Assembly (NCBI RefSeq): GCF_000737315.1
Contig: NZ_JMCB01000005.1
Location: forward strand, 20,001-268,000
Direction of reading: 5' to 3'
DNA from: Hyalangium minutum
GTDB taxonomy: Bacteria; Myxococcota; Myxococcia; Myxococcales; Myxococcaceae
DNA: 248,000 bases
Shown: positions 113,089 through 125,922 of the stretch, piece by piece
Layout: every line of letters starts with the position of its first letter
Numbering within the stretch: the first letter of the stretch is position 1
Notes under the pieces: generated by a model
Databases searched by the model: none
Told to the model about the DNA's origin: nothing
The model's input: the letters and a program-made list of their open reading frames with translations, nothing else
Position numbers and translations under genes: made by a program

Positions 113089-114564
113089 ATGCTCAAGCCC
113101 GTTACGCTCTTGCTTCTTCTCGCCTCCCCGGCACTGGCCCGGCAGGTGAATGTCTCCTCGGTGTCCCAGCTCCAGTCGGCCCTCGCGGGTGCGCAAGCCG
113201 GGGATGAAATCATCCTCGCGGACGGCACCTATGCGGTGAACGCCAACCTGAGCTGCACGGCGAGTGGGACAGCTCAGGCCCCCATCGTCGTACGCGCGCA
113301 GAACCGGCTGGGCGCGAGCGTCCGCTTCAATGCGACGGAGGGCTTCAAGGTCTCCGGCGCCTATTGGACCTTCGACGGGCTCGACGTCCAGGGCGTCTGC
113401 GCAAGCGACAGTAACTGTGAGCACGCCTTCCACGTCACGGGCCGCGCCGAGAACTTCGTCTTGCGCAACAGCCGGGTGCGCGACTTCAACGCACAGCTCA
113501 AGGTGAATGCCTCCCAGAACGGAGCCACGTGGGACATTCCCCACCGGGGACTCATCGAGCACAACGAGCTGGCCGACACCCGCTCTCGGGCGACTTCCAA
113601 TCCGGTGACGAAGCTCAACATCGATACAGGCGACAACTGGATCGTCCGCGACAACCTCATCCACGACTTCCACAAGAACGGCGGGGACTTCGTCTCCTAT
113701 GGCGCGTTCATGAAGAGCGGTGGCAACAACGGCGTGTTCGAGCGCAACCTCGTGCTGTGCACCCGGGATGTGACCACTGGCGGTACACGCATCGGGCTGT
113801 CCTTCGGAGGCGGCGGGACGGGCGGTGCCTTCTGCGCGCCGGCCTTCAATGCCAGTGTGCCGTGCGACCCCGAGCACACCGGTGGCACGATGCGCAACAA
113901 CGTCATCGCCAACTGCTCGGATGTCGGCATCTACCTGAACAAGGCCCGCTCCACGCAGGTGCTCTTCAATACCCTCATCTCCACTTCGGGCGTGGACTTC
114001 CGCTTTGCTTCGAGCACGGGCTCCGCGCACGGCAACGTGATGGCGGGGACTGTGCGTGGACGGGAGGGTGGCACGTTCGAGGCCGGCACCAACCTGCTCA
114101 ACGTGACTTCGGCCACCTTCTCCGGCTGGTACCAGGAGCCGCTGAAGGGAAACCTCACGGTTCGAGGGGACGTGTCCACCTTGATCGGCGCTGCGGCGGC
114201 CCGCGCGCAGGTGGTGGATGACTTCTGCGGCCGGCCCCGTCCGGCTCAGGGTGCGTACACGTTGGGAGCCCTGGAGCACTCGCTCGGGGACTGCTCGGGC
114301 GGGTCTACCGATGGGGGCAGCACCGCTCCTGACGCGGGTAGCGGCAACGGGGGCTTGGACGGAGGCTCGGACGGAGGCATCCCTTCGCCTGGCGACGCGG
114401 GAGTGGGCAACGACGGGGGAGCGGGCGCGGAGAGCCCCCCCGATGAGGAGGCAGCCGGTGGATGCGGCTGCTCCTCGAACTCGGGGGTGAACGCCACGCT
114501 CCTGCTCATGGCGCTGGGGCTTCTGGCGCTCTCCAGCCACCGGCGCTCACTCGGCCGGAAGTAG
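113089..114564 (+). CDS. Right-handed beta-helix (chondroitinase B-like) protein with MYXO-CTERM
   Basis: AGDEIILADGTY; C-terminal GCGC-TM-RR. Confidence 0.75.
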   Translation: MLKPVTLLLLLASPALARQVNVSSVSQLQSALAGAQAGDEIILADGTYAVNANLSCTASGTAQAPIVVRAQNRLGASVRFNATEGFKVSGAYWTFDGLDVQGVCASDSNCEHAFHVTGRAENFVLRNSRVRDFNAQLKVNASQNGATWDIPHRGLIEHNELADTRSRATSNPVTKLNIDTGDNWIVRDNLIHDFHKNGGDFVSYGAFMKSGGNNGVFERNLVLCTRDVTTGGTRIGLSFGGGGTGGAFCAPAFNASVPCDPEHTGGTMRNNVIANCSDVGIYLNKARSTQVLFNTLISTSGVDFRFASSTGSAHGNVMAGTVRGREGGTFEAGTNLLNVTSATFSGWYQEPLKGNLTVRGDVSTLIGAAAARAQVVDDFCGRPRPAQGAYTLGALEHSLGDCSGGSTDGGSTAPDAGSGNGGLDGGSDGGIPSPGDAGVGNDGGAGAESPPDEEAAGGCGCSSNSGVNATLLLMALGLLALSSHRRSLGRK

Positions 114565-114581
114565 CTCCAGGAGGGAGGAAG

Positions 114582-116567
114582 CTACTGGCAGATCGCGCGC
114601 TCGCTCAGCGGGTTGATGTGGCCCTCGGCGTTGCCCGTCAGCGACAGGGCATAGATGCCACCGTCCCAGCTTCCATTGCTGAAGTCGATGCGCGCGGTGG
114701 GCGCCAGCACCGTGCCCCAGAAGCCGAAGCCGTGGGCCTGGATGCTCGTGGCGTCCACGAAGTTGTAGAGCACGCCGTTCTGATTGATGCCGCCGCTGAA
114801 CGAGGTGCCAAAGCCCGTGAAGGTGGCCGAGGCGCCCCGGATGTTGAGCACCGCCAGCGAGCCGGCGGGAGCATCGATGGACAGCAGCGCGGCGCCGGTG
114901 AAGGCACTGGCGTCCACATCGAAGAAGTTCATGTCCGGGGACGTGCCGTGCAGCAGGATGCCACCCCAGTTTGCGCGAGTCGTGGTGCCATTGGCCGGGT
115001 GACTGGCCAGTTGAGAGGACAGGTGACGCAACTCGGCGAAGCGGGCCGCGAAGTCGATGGGCGCGCCCAGAGCCGCGGCGCCGCGGGGGAAGACCACGGA
115101 GGGATTCGGGGTGTAGCTGCCCCCGTACCAGGCGTCGCCCCAGACACCGCCACGCGAGAGGTTCAGGCTGCCGCCCGCCACCAGCGTGTTTGCGGTGGCA
115201 CCGTCCGCCAGCCCCGAGCCCACCGCGAAGTCGGTCAGGGTGATGTTGCCGCCCGCCGCCACCTTGCCCTGCACGTCATGGCCCTGGCTGTAGTCCTCGA
115301 GCAGGAACAGGTTGTAGTCGCTCAGGTGGATGTTCGTGCCGTCGTCCACGGTGACGGTGAAGTTGCAGAACGCGGGAATGCCCCCGTTGTCCCTCGCGGA
115401 GCAGGTGACGGAGGTGGAGCCGCTCGGGAAGGAGCTCCCGGACTCGGACGAGCAGGTGATGGTGCCCGTGCCGCCGCAGTTGTCGCTGAAAGTGGGGGCG
115501 AAGGAGACCGAGCCGCCCTGCGTGCACGCGAGCTGGAGATCCGCCGGACACTGGAGCGTGGGCGGCGTGACATCCACCACGGTGACGGTGCCCGTGCACT
115601 GCGAGGAGTACCGGCCGTCGCTGACGATGAGGGTGACAGAGGTAGTGCCCAGCGGATAGGGGCCCGCCGGAGACTGCGTCAACTGGAGCGTGGAGCCGCT
115701 GAAGTCCGGGTCGTAACTGCCGCTGTCGATGGAGGCGGACGCGGTGCAGGCCGGGCCGGCGAGCTCAACGACATCGCGGCACGAGGCCTGGGGCGGCGTG
115801 TTCATGAAGCAGTGAGCGTTGCTCGGGCACCCATAGTAGACGCCCAGCAGTCCCTGTCCCGAGACGCTCTGGACGATGGACGTGTAGGGACTCCCAGGGT
115901 TCAGGACCGAGACCGAGTTGCCATTGCATGAATAGAGGGAGGGCACTCCCGAGACGAGGGAGTGCGCCGACATGCCACTGAAGTTGGCACACAGCCCGTT
116001 GTACGCAGGGGCGAGGCTCAGGCCGTAGACATTCAGGAACGGGTTCCAGAGGGCGGCCTCAGCGGAGGGGCCAACGCCCGTACCCGCGGCGATGTAGACG
116101 CCGCCGCCTTGCCCCACGTACTGGGTGAGCACGCTGAGGTCGACGGGATTTTCCGCGAGGAAGACGGCGTCGTACTGGAGCAGGTTGCTCAGGGTGAAGG
116201 GCACGCTGGTGGAAGTCGTCCAGGTGTGGCCCGCCTGGGTCATCACCGCAGCGAGGCTGCTCTCGCGAAGCCCGAAGTTGTTGGAATAGACGAGGAAGCG
116301 GCCGGGAGTTCCGCGGGTGAAGAAATGGGCCAGGTTCCGTGCGAAGGCCGCGGTGTTCGGGTTCGAATTGAACCCCGTGTTCGACAGGGTCCACTCGTCA
116401 TGACTGACGACGATCGTTCCCACACTGGAGTTGGACAGGGAATCCTCGCGCTGGCTCGGGACGGAGCTGGGGGCTTCGGGCTCTGGGGCCGGACCACACG
116501 CCCAGACGAGCGCACTCAGACACAGCCCTACCCATTGTGCACAAACCCCTCTCACGCTTCGCGTCAT
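114582..116567 (-). CDS. Choice-of-anchor A family protein with HYR domain
   Basis: DVQGKVAAGG, WGTVLAP, FPSGST.VTC. Confidence 0.72.
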   Translation of the reverse strand: MTRSVRGVCAQWVGLCLSALVWACGPAPEPEAPSSVPSQREDSLSNSSVGTIVVSHDEWTLSNTGFNSNPNTAAFARNLAHFFTRGTPGRFLVYSNNFGLRESSLAAVMTQAGHTWTTSTSVPFTLSNLLQYDAVFLAENPVDLSVLTQYVGQGGGVYIAAGTGVGPSAEAALWNPFLNVYGLSLAPAYNGLCANFSGMSAHSLVSGVPSLYSCNGNSVSVLNPGSPYTSIVQSVSGQGLLGVYYGCPSNAHCFMNTPPQASCRDVVELAGPACTASASIDSGSYDPDFSGSTLQLTQSPAGPYPLGTTSVTLIVSDGRYSSQCTGTVTVVDVTPPTLQCPADLQLACTQGGSVSFAPTFSDNCGGTGTITCSSESGSSFPSGSTSVTCSARDNGGIPAFCNFTVTVDDGTNIHLSDYNLFLLEDYSQGHDVQGKVAAGGNITLTDFAVGSGLADGATANTLVAGGSLNLSRGGVWGDAWYGGSYTPNPSVVFPRGAAALGAPIDFAARFAELRHLSSQLASHPANGTTTRANWGGILLHGTSPDMNFFDVDASAFTGAALLSIDAPAGSLAVLNIRGASATFTGFGTSFSGGINQNGVLYNFVDATSIQAHGFGFWGTVLAPTARIDFSNGSWDGGIYALSLTGNAEGHINPLSERAICQ

Positions 116568-117056
116568 GGTGATGTCTCCTCCAAAGGTGGTGGTGATGGC
116601 CGTCAGCAAGCTTCGAGCCAGACCAGGCCGAGTCCGCTTCTTACCTGGGATGGCTGTCACGCCGTGCCTGGAAGCGTGGGGAGAGGCCGCCGCCGACGCG
116701 TCGCCGACGTGTCGGGACATACCGACGCTGGGTGCTGACGCCATGCGGTGACGCATCAACGCCCAGCGATCATGGCAGTGCCTCTTCTGAGTAGGAGCGG
116801 ACTCGGCTCAAAGCAGAGGGCTGCGCTACATGGAAGCGGCGGCAGCGACGACGCGGCGCTCGCCTCGCTGCCTGGCCGAAGCAGAGCGGAGAGGCCTCTC
116901 CGACTGACAGGGTCGACTCCCTTCCGGCCGTGATGGCAAGGGCTCTGCGCAAGCCTTTGCCGCCGCTCCTGAAGTGACCAGCCTCACTTTGGGCAGTGTG
117001 AATCCCTGCGACGGAAGCGGCCCGGGCCTGGGCGCTCCGTCCGATGGAGGTGGGTC

Positions 117057-117878
117057 ATGGCAAGCGACCGCGCGCGGACTGTGTCTTCGGCGGGAAACTC
117101 CGAGGCGCTCCGGAAGTACTTGGCGGAGTTCATCGGAACCTTCGTTCTGGTCGTGGGAGGCGTGGGAGCAGCCGTTATCGCGGGAGACCGCATCGGCTTT
117201 CTCGGCATCGCTTTCGCATTCGGGCTGTCGCTGCTCGCCATGGTCTACACCGTGGGCCCCATCTCAGGCTGTCACATCAACCCCGCAGTCACGCTGGGGC
117301 TGCTGCTCGCCGGGAAGATGGAGCGGCGGCATGCCCCCGGCTACATCCTGGCGCAATGCGCGGGAGCTTTGCTGGCCTCGGGGGTCGTGCTCCTGTGGGC
117401 CCAGGGAGCCCCGGAGGGCTACTCGGCCGCGGCCCAGGGGCTGGGAGCCAACGGGTTTGGCGCCCACTCGCCGGGACAGTACGGGGCGGGCGCGGCCTTC
117501 CTGGCCGAGATCATCCTCACTTTCTTGCTGGTGCTCACGGTCCTGGGCGCAACGGACTCCCGGGCGCCCGTGGGCTTCGCAGGGTTGGCGATTGGTCTCG
117601 TCCTCACGCTGATCCACCTGGTGGGCATTCCCCTCACGAACACGTCGGTGAACCCGGCGCGCAGCCTGGGTCCCGCGGTGTTCGTGGGGGGCTGGGCGCT
117701 GGAGCAGCTCTGGCTCTTCATCGTGGCTCCGCTCCTGGGAGGAGGCCTGGCGGCGGCGGTATATCGCACGGTGCGGAGCCCGGTAGAGACGCTCACCGCA
117801 GCCCAAGCCGAGCGTTCCCTGGAGAGCGAGCGCGCCGAGCGCCTGGCTCACCGCCGTCCGACGGAGACCCTGCCGTGA
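117057..117878 (+). CDS. aqpZ: Aquaporin
   Basis: SGCHINPAVT and NTSVNPARS. Confidence 0.88.
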   Translation: MASDRARTVSSAGNSEALRKYLAEFIGTFVLVVGGVGAAVIAGDRIGFLGIAFAFGLSLLAMVYTVGPISGCHINPAVTLGLLLAGKMERRHAPGYILAQCAGALLASGVVLLWAQGAPEGYSAAAQGLGANGFGAHSPGQYGAGAAFLAEIILTFLLVLTVLGATDSRAPVGFAGLAIGLVLTLIHLVGIPLTNTSVNPARSLGPAVFVGGWALEQLWLFIVAPLLGGGLAAAVYRTVRSPVETLTAAQAERSLESERAERLAHRRPTETLP

Positions 117879-117962
117879 GCCCCCGCTGCTCTCTCTCGGG
117901 GGGAAGAGAGAGCCATCGTGGCGGCGCACGCAAAGTCCGCCGCCCCGTACGACGCTCGAAGC

Positions 117963-118166
117963 TCAGCAGCAGCGCCCGCCGCCCCTTCGATAGCGGGCCT
118001 GCATCCGCTCGTTGAAGAACTCCGCGTAGCTCATCACTGGCCGCTCCGGGTGGCGCAGGCGCATGTGCCGGACATAGGTGTCGTAGTCGGGCACGCCGAT
118101 GAGCAGCCGCGCTGTCTGCACGGCCCGGCGCCAGAGGTGTCCCAGCTCGTCTCGCAGCCGCTTCAT
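117963..118166 (-). CDS. ybdD: YbdD/YjiX family protein
   Basis: GVPDYDTY, GGGRCC. Confidence 0.88.
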   Translation of the reverse strand: MKRLRDELGHLWRRAVQTARLLIGVPDYDTYVRHMRLRHPERPVMSYAEFFNERMQARYRRGGGRCC

Positions 118167-118167
118167 C

Positions 118168-120249
<2,082 letters not shown>

Positions 120250-120353
120250 CGCGCGAAGGTTTCCCACGGGGTGGGAGCCCGTCAATCACAAGTTCCTCCC
120301 CAGGGAGCAGACCGTTGTCTGGGAGGCGACAGCCCTTCGACGCGAGTTATCGG

Positions 120354-120554
120354 TCACAGCAGCGGGGACTGGATGACGTAGTAAAGGGATTCAAAGTACC
120401 GGTTCAGCGCATTGAGCATCATCACCAGATAGGGCCAGCCCAACGTGCCAAAGCCCAGCAGGGCTGCTGAGAAAGCGACGTACTCCACGGTGGATTGACC
120501 GCGGCTCCCGGCGAGGGGCCGGGAGGGCTCAGGGCGAAGCGTCCTGCTCTTCAT
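120354..120554 (-). CDS. Flp/Tad pilin-like small protein
   Basis: RGQSTVEY prepilin motif plus hydrophobic helix. Confidence 0.65.
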   Translation of the reverse strand: MKSRTLRPEPSRPLAGSRGQSTVEYVAFSAALLGFGTLGWPYLVMMLNALNRYFESLYYVIQSPLL

Positions 120555-120837
120555 GGTCGGTCCTTTGAGGGAACAGGCAGTCGTTCCGGCATTCCTGCTC
120601 GACCTGCCAGCAGGCTTTGCGGCACAAGGAGAGCCCGCTTCCCGCGTGCTCCTCGCAGATGTCGGCGCACTTCTCTCGAGCGCTCGTGCAATCTTCTTTG
120701 CAGACGGCTTCCGGTTCGCGGCGGACGGGCTTCCCATGCGCCATGCCGCTCGAGAGGAGCCACAGGCCCCCCAGCGCCATGCCGCGCAGCACCGTCCAGG
120801 CCGCGCGCCGCGGCTTTCGGGCAGAGTGATGCATCAT
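120529..120837 (-). CDS. Small secreted Cys-rich protein (CxxxC repeats)
   Basis: Signal peptide; 8 Cys. Confidence 0.5.
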   Translation of the reverse strand: MMHHSARKPRRAAWTVLRGMALGGLWLLSSGMAHGKPVRREPEAVCKEDCTSAREKCADICEEHAGSGLSLCRKACWQVEQECRNDCLFPQRTDHEEQDASP

Positions 120838-121682
120838 TGCACCTGCTCCTGTGCGTCCAGCGTCAGCAGCACCAGGGCTCCTGGGCTCGAGGGCTTCACC
120901 AGGGCGGAAATCCGGTGAGCCCCTCGGCTTGCCATGAGGTGAGTGCCTTCGGTGGACTGCTCCACCTCCTGCACGGTCCAGCCCTGGTTCCCAAAAGTCG
121001 CTCGGTAGAAGGAGGCCAGCTCCGCCGCTCGCAGGTGAGGAACGTCCGCTTGGACGGAGTACCGCACCCGCCCCTCCTCGTGGAAGGTGAGCACCACGGG
121101 GGGAGAGGCTCCTTCGGGCATGGGCAGCTCCTGGGGCAGGGGCGTCTGGCCTTCCAGGAAGGAGTCCACCTGGCCACTCGACACGAAGACCAGCGTCTCG
121201 CCTCCTTGCGCGAGCACCGACACGAGGTGCGTCTCCTGGGTGGCGGGGTTCACATGCCCCACGTAGCCCGCGTTCGGGTTGTACCAGTGCTGCATGGCAG
121301 GCAGCCCTGCGTCGAGGATCGCCTGGTGGTAGAAGCCAAGCACCTGATCCGGTGTGTCTGACGTCGCGAACCACGCCACGGCGATGGGGGAGCCGGGGGC
121401 CAGATAGTCGGCTGCCATCGCGCGGGGCACGGCCCGAGGGTAAGGAGGTAGCTCCGAGGTCGCGCGCCGGATCACCTGCCGTTCGGACTCCGAGAAGGTG
121501 CCGGGGCCTCGAGGGGAACGCGGCAAGTCCGACTCTGGTGCGTCGTTCTCCACCTCTGCGTCGAACCGCTCCTCACCCGAGGCGCCACTCATCTCCCAGC
121601 CCGTTCCGATGAGCGCGCCGATGACCGCCACACAGAACAGCAGCAGGCTGCCTCGCAGCCAGGGGGACACGGTGTTGGACAT
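120834..121682 (-). CDS. Hypothetical protein of the Tad module
   Basis: N-terminal TM; translationally coupled. Confidence 0.6.
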   Translation of the reverse strand: MSNTVSPWLRGSLLLFCVAVIGALIGTGWEMSGASGEERFDAEVENDAPESDLPRSPRGPGTFSESERQVIRRATSELPPYPRAVPRAMAADYLAPGSPIAVAWFATSDTPDQVLGFYHQAILDAGLPAMQHWYNPNAGYVGHVNPATQETHLVSVLAQGGETLVFVSSGQVDSFLEGQTPLPQELPMPEGASPPVVLTFHEEGRVRYSVQADVPHLRAAELASFYRATFGNQGWTVQEVEQSTEGTHLMASRGAHRISALVKPSSPGALVLLTLDAQEQVQ

Positions 121683-122752
121683 CAGCATCCCTCCACGGTC
121701 TTGCAACCCATGTAGTACGCCCCCCGATTCTTGCCTGTCTTCTCGTAGGCGTCCCGCGAGCCGTCCTTCCAGGGCGTGGCGAAGTAGGGCGAGGCTCGGT
121801 TCTCCTCCTGGATGCGCTGGGTGGGAACCGCCATCCGCGTCTTCTGCAGAGAGACCCGAGCCGTCTTGCGCTCCTGGGGAGGCAGGTGGGACGCCAGCAA
121901 CTGCTGGTCGTTGGCTACTTGGGAGAAGAGCTTGTCTTCATCCAGGAAGCGTTGGGCTTCAGGCAGCACGGTATAGACGAGGCTCACACGCTCCTGCAGC
122001 GCACCTTCGTTGTCGTCGGGGCGCACCGCGAGAGTGTCTCCGGGATTGGAGGCCTTCAGATCCCCATTGAGAGCCCAGGAGTCCGTCACCAGGGCAAAGT
122101 GCTGCTTCTCCAGGTAGTACGCCGTCGTGCCCGTGCCTGCCTTTGCGTTGCCGTGGTAGTCCGAGCCGTCCGCCTTCCAGTTCTTCTTCGCCAGGTCCAC
122201 GTGAGAGAACTGCTGCAGGAAGCTCTGGGGCATCAGGTAGTTCTCCACGACTTCCTTGCCATGGCACTCATACAGCCCTCCGGCCTGACCAAAGGCATCT
122301 TGGTATTTGCGGAAGGCCGGAGTTTGGAGCAAGCCCACTTCCGTCCGGACAGGATCACACGTCACCTGCTCGGCCTCGGGATTGAGCCAGCAGACGTGGC
122401 CGCTCAACGCTCGGCCCGCGTGGTGGTCCTGGGCGTCGCAGTCCTGCCCGTGATTGTAGCTGTCACCACTGGACTCGTGATCGCAGAACATCAGGCGGGC
122501 CTGGTGTTGGACCACTGCCTGGATGCGCTTCGACGCGTCGCTGCCGCCGGAGCCCTTTCTCCCGCTGGGCTCCTCATAGTTCTGCCCTATGAGATCCCAG
122601 GGCGTTGAGAGCACCGCTTCCTGGAGATCTCCCGCGTACCGCAGGAGATCGTCCAGAAAGAGGGCGTACAGAAACGCCGGGACGATGATGATCATGCTGA
122701 TGGCGGCCTCTACCGAAGCCGCGCCGCGTTGCCTCTGCTGGAAGTGCCACAT
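121682..122752 (-). CDS. TadE-like pseudopilin with large C-terminal domain
   Basis: RGAASVEAAI. Confidence 0.72.
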   Translation of the reverse strand: MWHFQQRQRGAASVEAAISMIIIVPAFLYALFLDDLLRYAGDLQEAVLSTPWDLIGQNYEEPSGRKGSGGSDASKRIQAVVQHQARLMFCDHESSGDSYNHGQDCDAQDHHAGRALSGHVCWLNPEAEQVTCDPVRTEVGLLQTPAFRKYQDAFGQAGGLYECHGKEVVENYLMPQSFLQQFSHVDLAKKNWKADGSDYHGNAKAGTGTTAYYLEKQHFALVTDSWALNGDLKASNPGDTLAVRPDDNEGALQERVSLVYTVLPEAQRFLDEDKLFSQVANDQQLLASHLPPQERKTARVSLQKTRMAVPTQRIQEENRASPYFATPWKDGSRDAYEKTGKNRGAYYMGCKTVEGC

Positions 122753-122775
122753 CGGAGCGTGTCAGGGGCCGCCCG

Positions 122776-124314
122776 TTACATGGGCAGCCGAGGAGTCTCG
122801 GCAAGTTGTGCCGCATCCGGGTTGCCCGCCTCGTCGAGGACCTTGGAAGCCTCCGAGGCGGTGAAGGGGTGAAGCTTGGCGCGCCAGAAGGGATTGAACA
122901 GGTTGGGGGGCTCCTGCCAATCCCCCAGCCGGTGGTAGTAGACGAGCGCCTTGGACAGGCCGGCGCCTTCTCCCGCAGCGAGCTCGAGGGTCCCTTCGCC
123001 CGTCGTGCCGAAGCGAAGCTTCACACTCCCGGCCTCGTTCAGCTCCCACGGAGCCTGACGCACGTCTCCAGCGCGAAGCTGCTGCGTCACGTAGCTGTAC
123101 ACAGGCGGCTGTCCGAAGTCCCTCTCCGGGGACGGGTCCGCGCGGAACTTCATGAAGCAGTGCCCCTTGTTCGCGCAGCTCATCAGCTCCGAGGTGTAGT
123201 TCCCCTGGAACTGGTCGTGTGTTCCCGAGTGGCTCTTGCGCGGCACGTGCTCACCCCCCGACACATCCGAGGAGATCCTCGCTTCGTACGAGGAGCGCCC
123301 GATGCCGTGCTTCCACTGGCTGAAGAGGATGCCGTGCTCGTCCGCGGAGATCACCTGTCCGGTGTTCTGCAGAGAGGGGCCTTCATGAAGGGCTGCCTTG
123401 CCGCGGTTCTGCACCGTCTTTGCGGTGCCCAGATGGGACTGAGGCTGGGAGAAGCCCTCTCCCTGAATGTCACGCGTGAGCAACCGGAGAAACTCCGGGT
123501 GGAGGTACCTGGGCAGCGAGGGCTTGCCGCGATTGGCGATCCAGTTCGTGCGCGTCGCGTTGCTCAGGATGGTCATCTCTTTGGCCCGGTCCGCCAGGGC
123601 CGTGTCCCCTGGCCGGCCGGAGACCCGGCAGGGCATGCCATCGATGGCGCAGGCAAACTCGGCGGAGTTGAGCTTTCCCACGCCAGGGGACAAGGCCGAG
123701 GCCTTGGGCGCGTTGATCTGCTGGAGCTTGGCCAGCCCATGCGCGGTGCCGCCGGACAACACCTGCGAAGTCTCCGCAAAGACCGATCGCTGCGAGGCAT
123801 GGAGGCTGTCCATCAGCCGGTCCAAGGACTTCACGGTCTTGTTGAACTTGTTCTCCAGCCGCTGGATCCGGGATCTCTGCTGGGACGAGGCCTGGCGGAA
123901 CTTCCGGGCGATCCGGACAGCCTGCACGATGTGAGGGCAGTGCTTGCACTTGTTGCCAGACAGCGCCGCCTCCATGGCGGCAATCTGGTAGAAGTTGCTC
124001 TCCCCCGCGCTGTACATCTCCGCGGTGACGCTGGCGGCGGTCATGGAGGCATGCATGCTGTTCATCGCAACATAAGAAGAGGCGATGGCGCGGTTGCTGA
124101 CGGCGAAGTAGTTGAGCGAGCGCGCCTCCAGGGTGGCCATGGAGTAGGCCAGGGCGTCACTGTGCTGCTGAAGGCGCGTCTTGCCGCGCAAGGCGTGGCT
124201 GAGGTTGAAGCTCAGTGCCACCATGAGCGCCAGCAGCAGCAGGGAGAGCGCCGCGAGCACCATGGCTTGCCCGGCCTCGCCGCGCCTTCTCAGAGGTGGT
124301 TGGTGGTCAGGCAT
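122776..124314 (-). CDS. TadG-like protein
   Basis: GQAMVL, LQQHSDALAYS. Confidence 0.72.
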   Translation of the reverse strand: MPDHQPPLRRRGEAGQAMVLAALSLLLLALMVALSFNLSHALRGKTRLQQHSDALAYSMATLEARSLNYFAVSNRAIASSYVAMNSMHASMTAASVTAEMYSAGESNFYQIAAMEAALSGNKCKHCPHIVQAVRIARKFRQASSQQRSRIQRLENKFNKTVKSLDRLMDSLHASQRSVFAETSQVLSGGTAHGLAKLQQINAPKASALSPGVGKLNSAEFACAIDGMPCRVSGRPGDTALADRAKEMTILSNATRTNWIANRGKPSLPRYLHPEFLRLLTRDIQGEGFSQPQSHLGTAKTVQNRGKAALHEGPSLQNTGQVISADEHGILFSQWKHGIGRSSYEARISSDVSGGEHVPRKSHSGTHDQFQGNYTSELMSCANKGHCFMKFRADPSPERDFGQPPVYSYVTQQLRAGDVRQAPWELNEAGSVKLRFGTTGEGTLELAAGEGAGLSKALVYYHRLGDWQEPPNLFNPFWRAKLHPFTASEASKVLDEAGNPDAAQLAETPRLPM

Positions 124315-125066
124315 GTGTTCGACTGGGGAAGCGCAGAGGCGTAGAGGTTGGACTGCATCCGCATGGTGTAGGCGGCCCGGATGGGGAGGATGTAGACGCC
124401 CCGGTTGGCGGCGTCCGCGTACTCCTGGCCGAAGAGGTTCTGTCCGGGGGGCTGCTGCTTGCCCATCCGCATCAGCATGGGCAGCTCGCGCTGCAACGCG
124501 ATGGAGTGGATGACCCAGTTGGCGAAGGGGATGGGGAGCCGGTAGTTGAGCGTCACCTGGATGCGCAGCTTGGTGCGGTGGCTCTGAAGCCACTCGTCGT
124601 AGGGGGAGGAGGCCACGCGCGGATCATCGAAGTCCAGCTCGCGCGTTCCTCCAGGAAGCTCCTGGAGCGTGGGCCCGCAGATGGTGACTGCCACGTAGGG
124701 CAGCTTCGCGTCGGGCATCTGGTTGGTTGAGACACCCTCCGAGTTCCACTTCTTCTGGAAGTTCTTGGCACCGGTGACGGGCTGGATGGACTCGCCGCCG
124801 CCTTGGTCCTGGCTGATCAACGGCAGCAGCACCGCGAGCCCCGCCTGCTCCATGGCGTCCTTGTGCGCGTGGTGCAGCGAGCCCACGCGCACGGCCCGGT
124901 AAGCGGCGTACTTCGCCATCAGCCGCGCCTGATGCATCATGCCGAGCTGAAGGATGCCCAGGATCAGGAAGACGAACAGCGGCAGGATGATGGCGGTCTC
125001 GATGGCCGCCTGTCCCGACTGAGCGTGGCGTGGGGATGGCCGCGGGCCTGGCTCTCCTCGGCTCAA
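124290..125066 (-). CDS. TadE family protein
   Basis: GQAAIETAIILP, YAAYRAVR. Confidence 0.8.
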   Translation of the reverse strand: MSRGEPGPRPSPRHAQSGQAAIETAIILPLFVFLILGILQLGMMHQARLMAKYAAYRAVRVGSLHHAHKDAMEQAGLAVLLPLISQDQGGGESIQPVTGAKNFQKKWNSEGVSTNQMPDAKLPYVAVTICGPTLQELPGGTRELDFDDPRVASSPYDEWLQSHRTKLRIQVTLNYRLPIPFANWVIHSIALQRELPMLMRMGKQQPPGQNLFGQEYADAANRGVYILPIRAAYTMRMQSNLYASALPQSNTCLTTNHL

Positions 125067-125797
125067 GGAGCCGCCCCTGGCTCACGGCCGGCGCTCAGGG
125101 GAGGGAGGCTGACGAGCGCCTGGCGATCCTGCGGGGTGAGGCCCGGCCCATCCGTGACGTTGGAGATGGCGTACTGCACCTCCTCTCGCCCCGGCACCGG
125201 TAGGAACTTGTCGGCGACCAGATTGATGATCTCACGCAGCCCGGGATCCTGGGTGACAGGGCCCAGGCGATAGGTGTCCCACGAGGCCGTAGGAGCCCGG
125301 GTCTCGTTGATGCAGTAGAGGTGCAGTGCCACGGCGAGCGTCTGCTGGGCGGGGACCTGCAGCGGGACGGCCTGGGCCAGCATTCCGTTCTGAGAAGAGA
125401 GATCGTCGGAGATCAGGATGAGACCCGCGGGCAGCTCCACGGTCCGGAGCTGCGCGGAGGTGTTGCGCAGCCTCAAGCAGACGCTCACCAGCGAGCCGCT
125501 GCCCTTCTCTTCTTGGGATTCCTGCTCCTCGGGGATGCAGTCGAGGGCATAGCCTTCAATAGGGGAGAGAAGCTCCACGCCGGAAGGCAGCACATACGGC
125601 GTGCCGACTGGGGTGGCCAGCGATGAACCGATGCCAGGCCGTGTGACGTCACCCGGATTGACTCCAGGGCCACCCTCTCCCTCGGTCCCTCCACCGCAGG
125701 CCACCAGAGCCACCAGTCCCAAAAGCCAGCCCATCCGCCTGAAGTCTCGCAACGTTCCTCCACGCAGGTCTTCCGGTGGCACACTCCGTGTGGCCAC
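125063..125797 (-). CDS. Hypothetical lipoprotein
   Basis: Lipobox LVAC; YCIN motif. Confidence 0.55.
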   Translation of the reverse strand: MATRSVPPEDLRGGTLRDFRRMGWLLGLVALVACGGGTEGEGGPGVNPGDVTRPGIGSSLATPVGTPYVLPSGVELLSPIEGYALDCIPEEQESQEEKGSGSLVSVCLRLRNTSAQLRTVELPAGLILISDDLSSQNGMLAQAVPLQVPAQQTLAVALHLYCINETRAPTASWDTYRLGPVTQDPGLREIINLVADKFLPVPGREEVQYAISNVTDGPGLTPQDRQALVSLPPLSAGREPGAAP

Positions 125798-125922
125798 GCA
125801 TCACCGAACGTGACGCCGCTAAGTAACCCGTGGCGGAAGCGCCTCACAACAGACAGCCAAGAGGCGTGTGGAGGTCCGGCTCCACGGCAGGCGAGCAGGA
125901 TGAAGGAGCCGGATGCGAGGAA

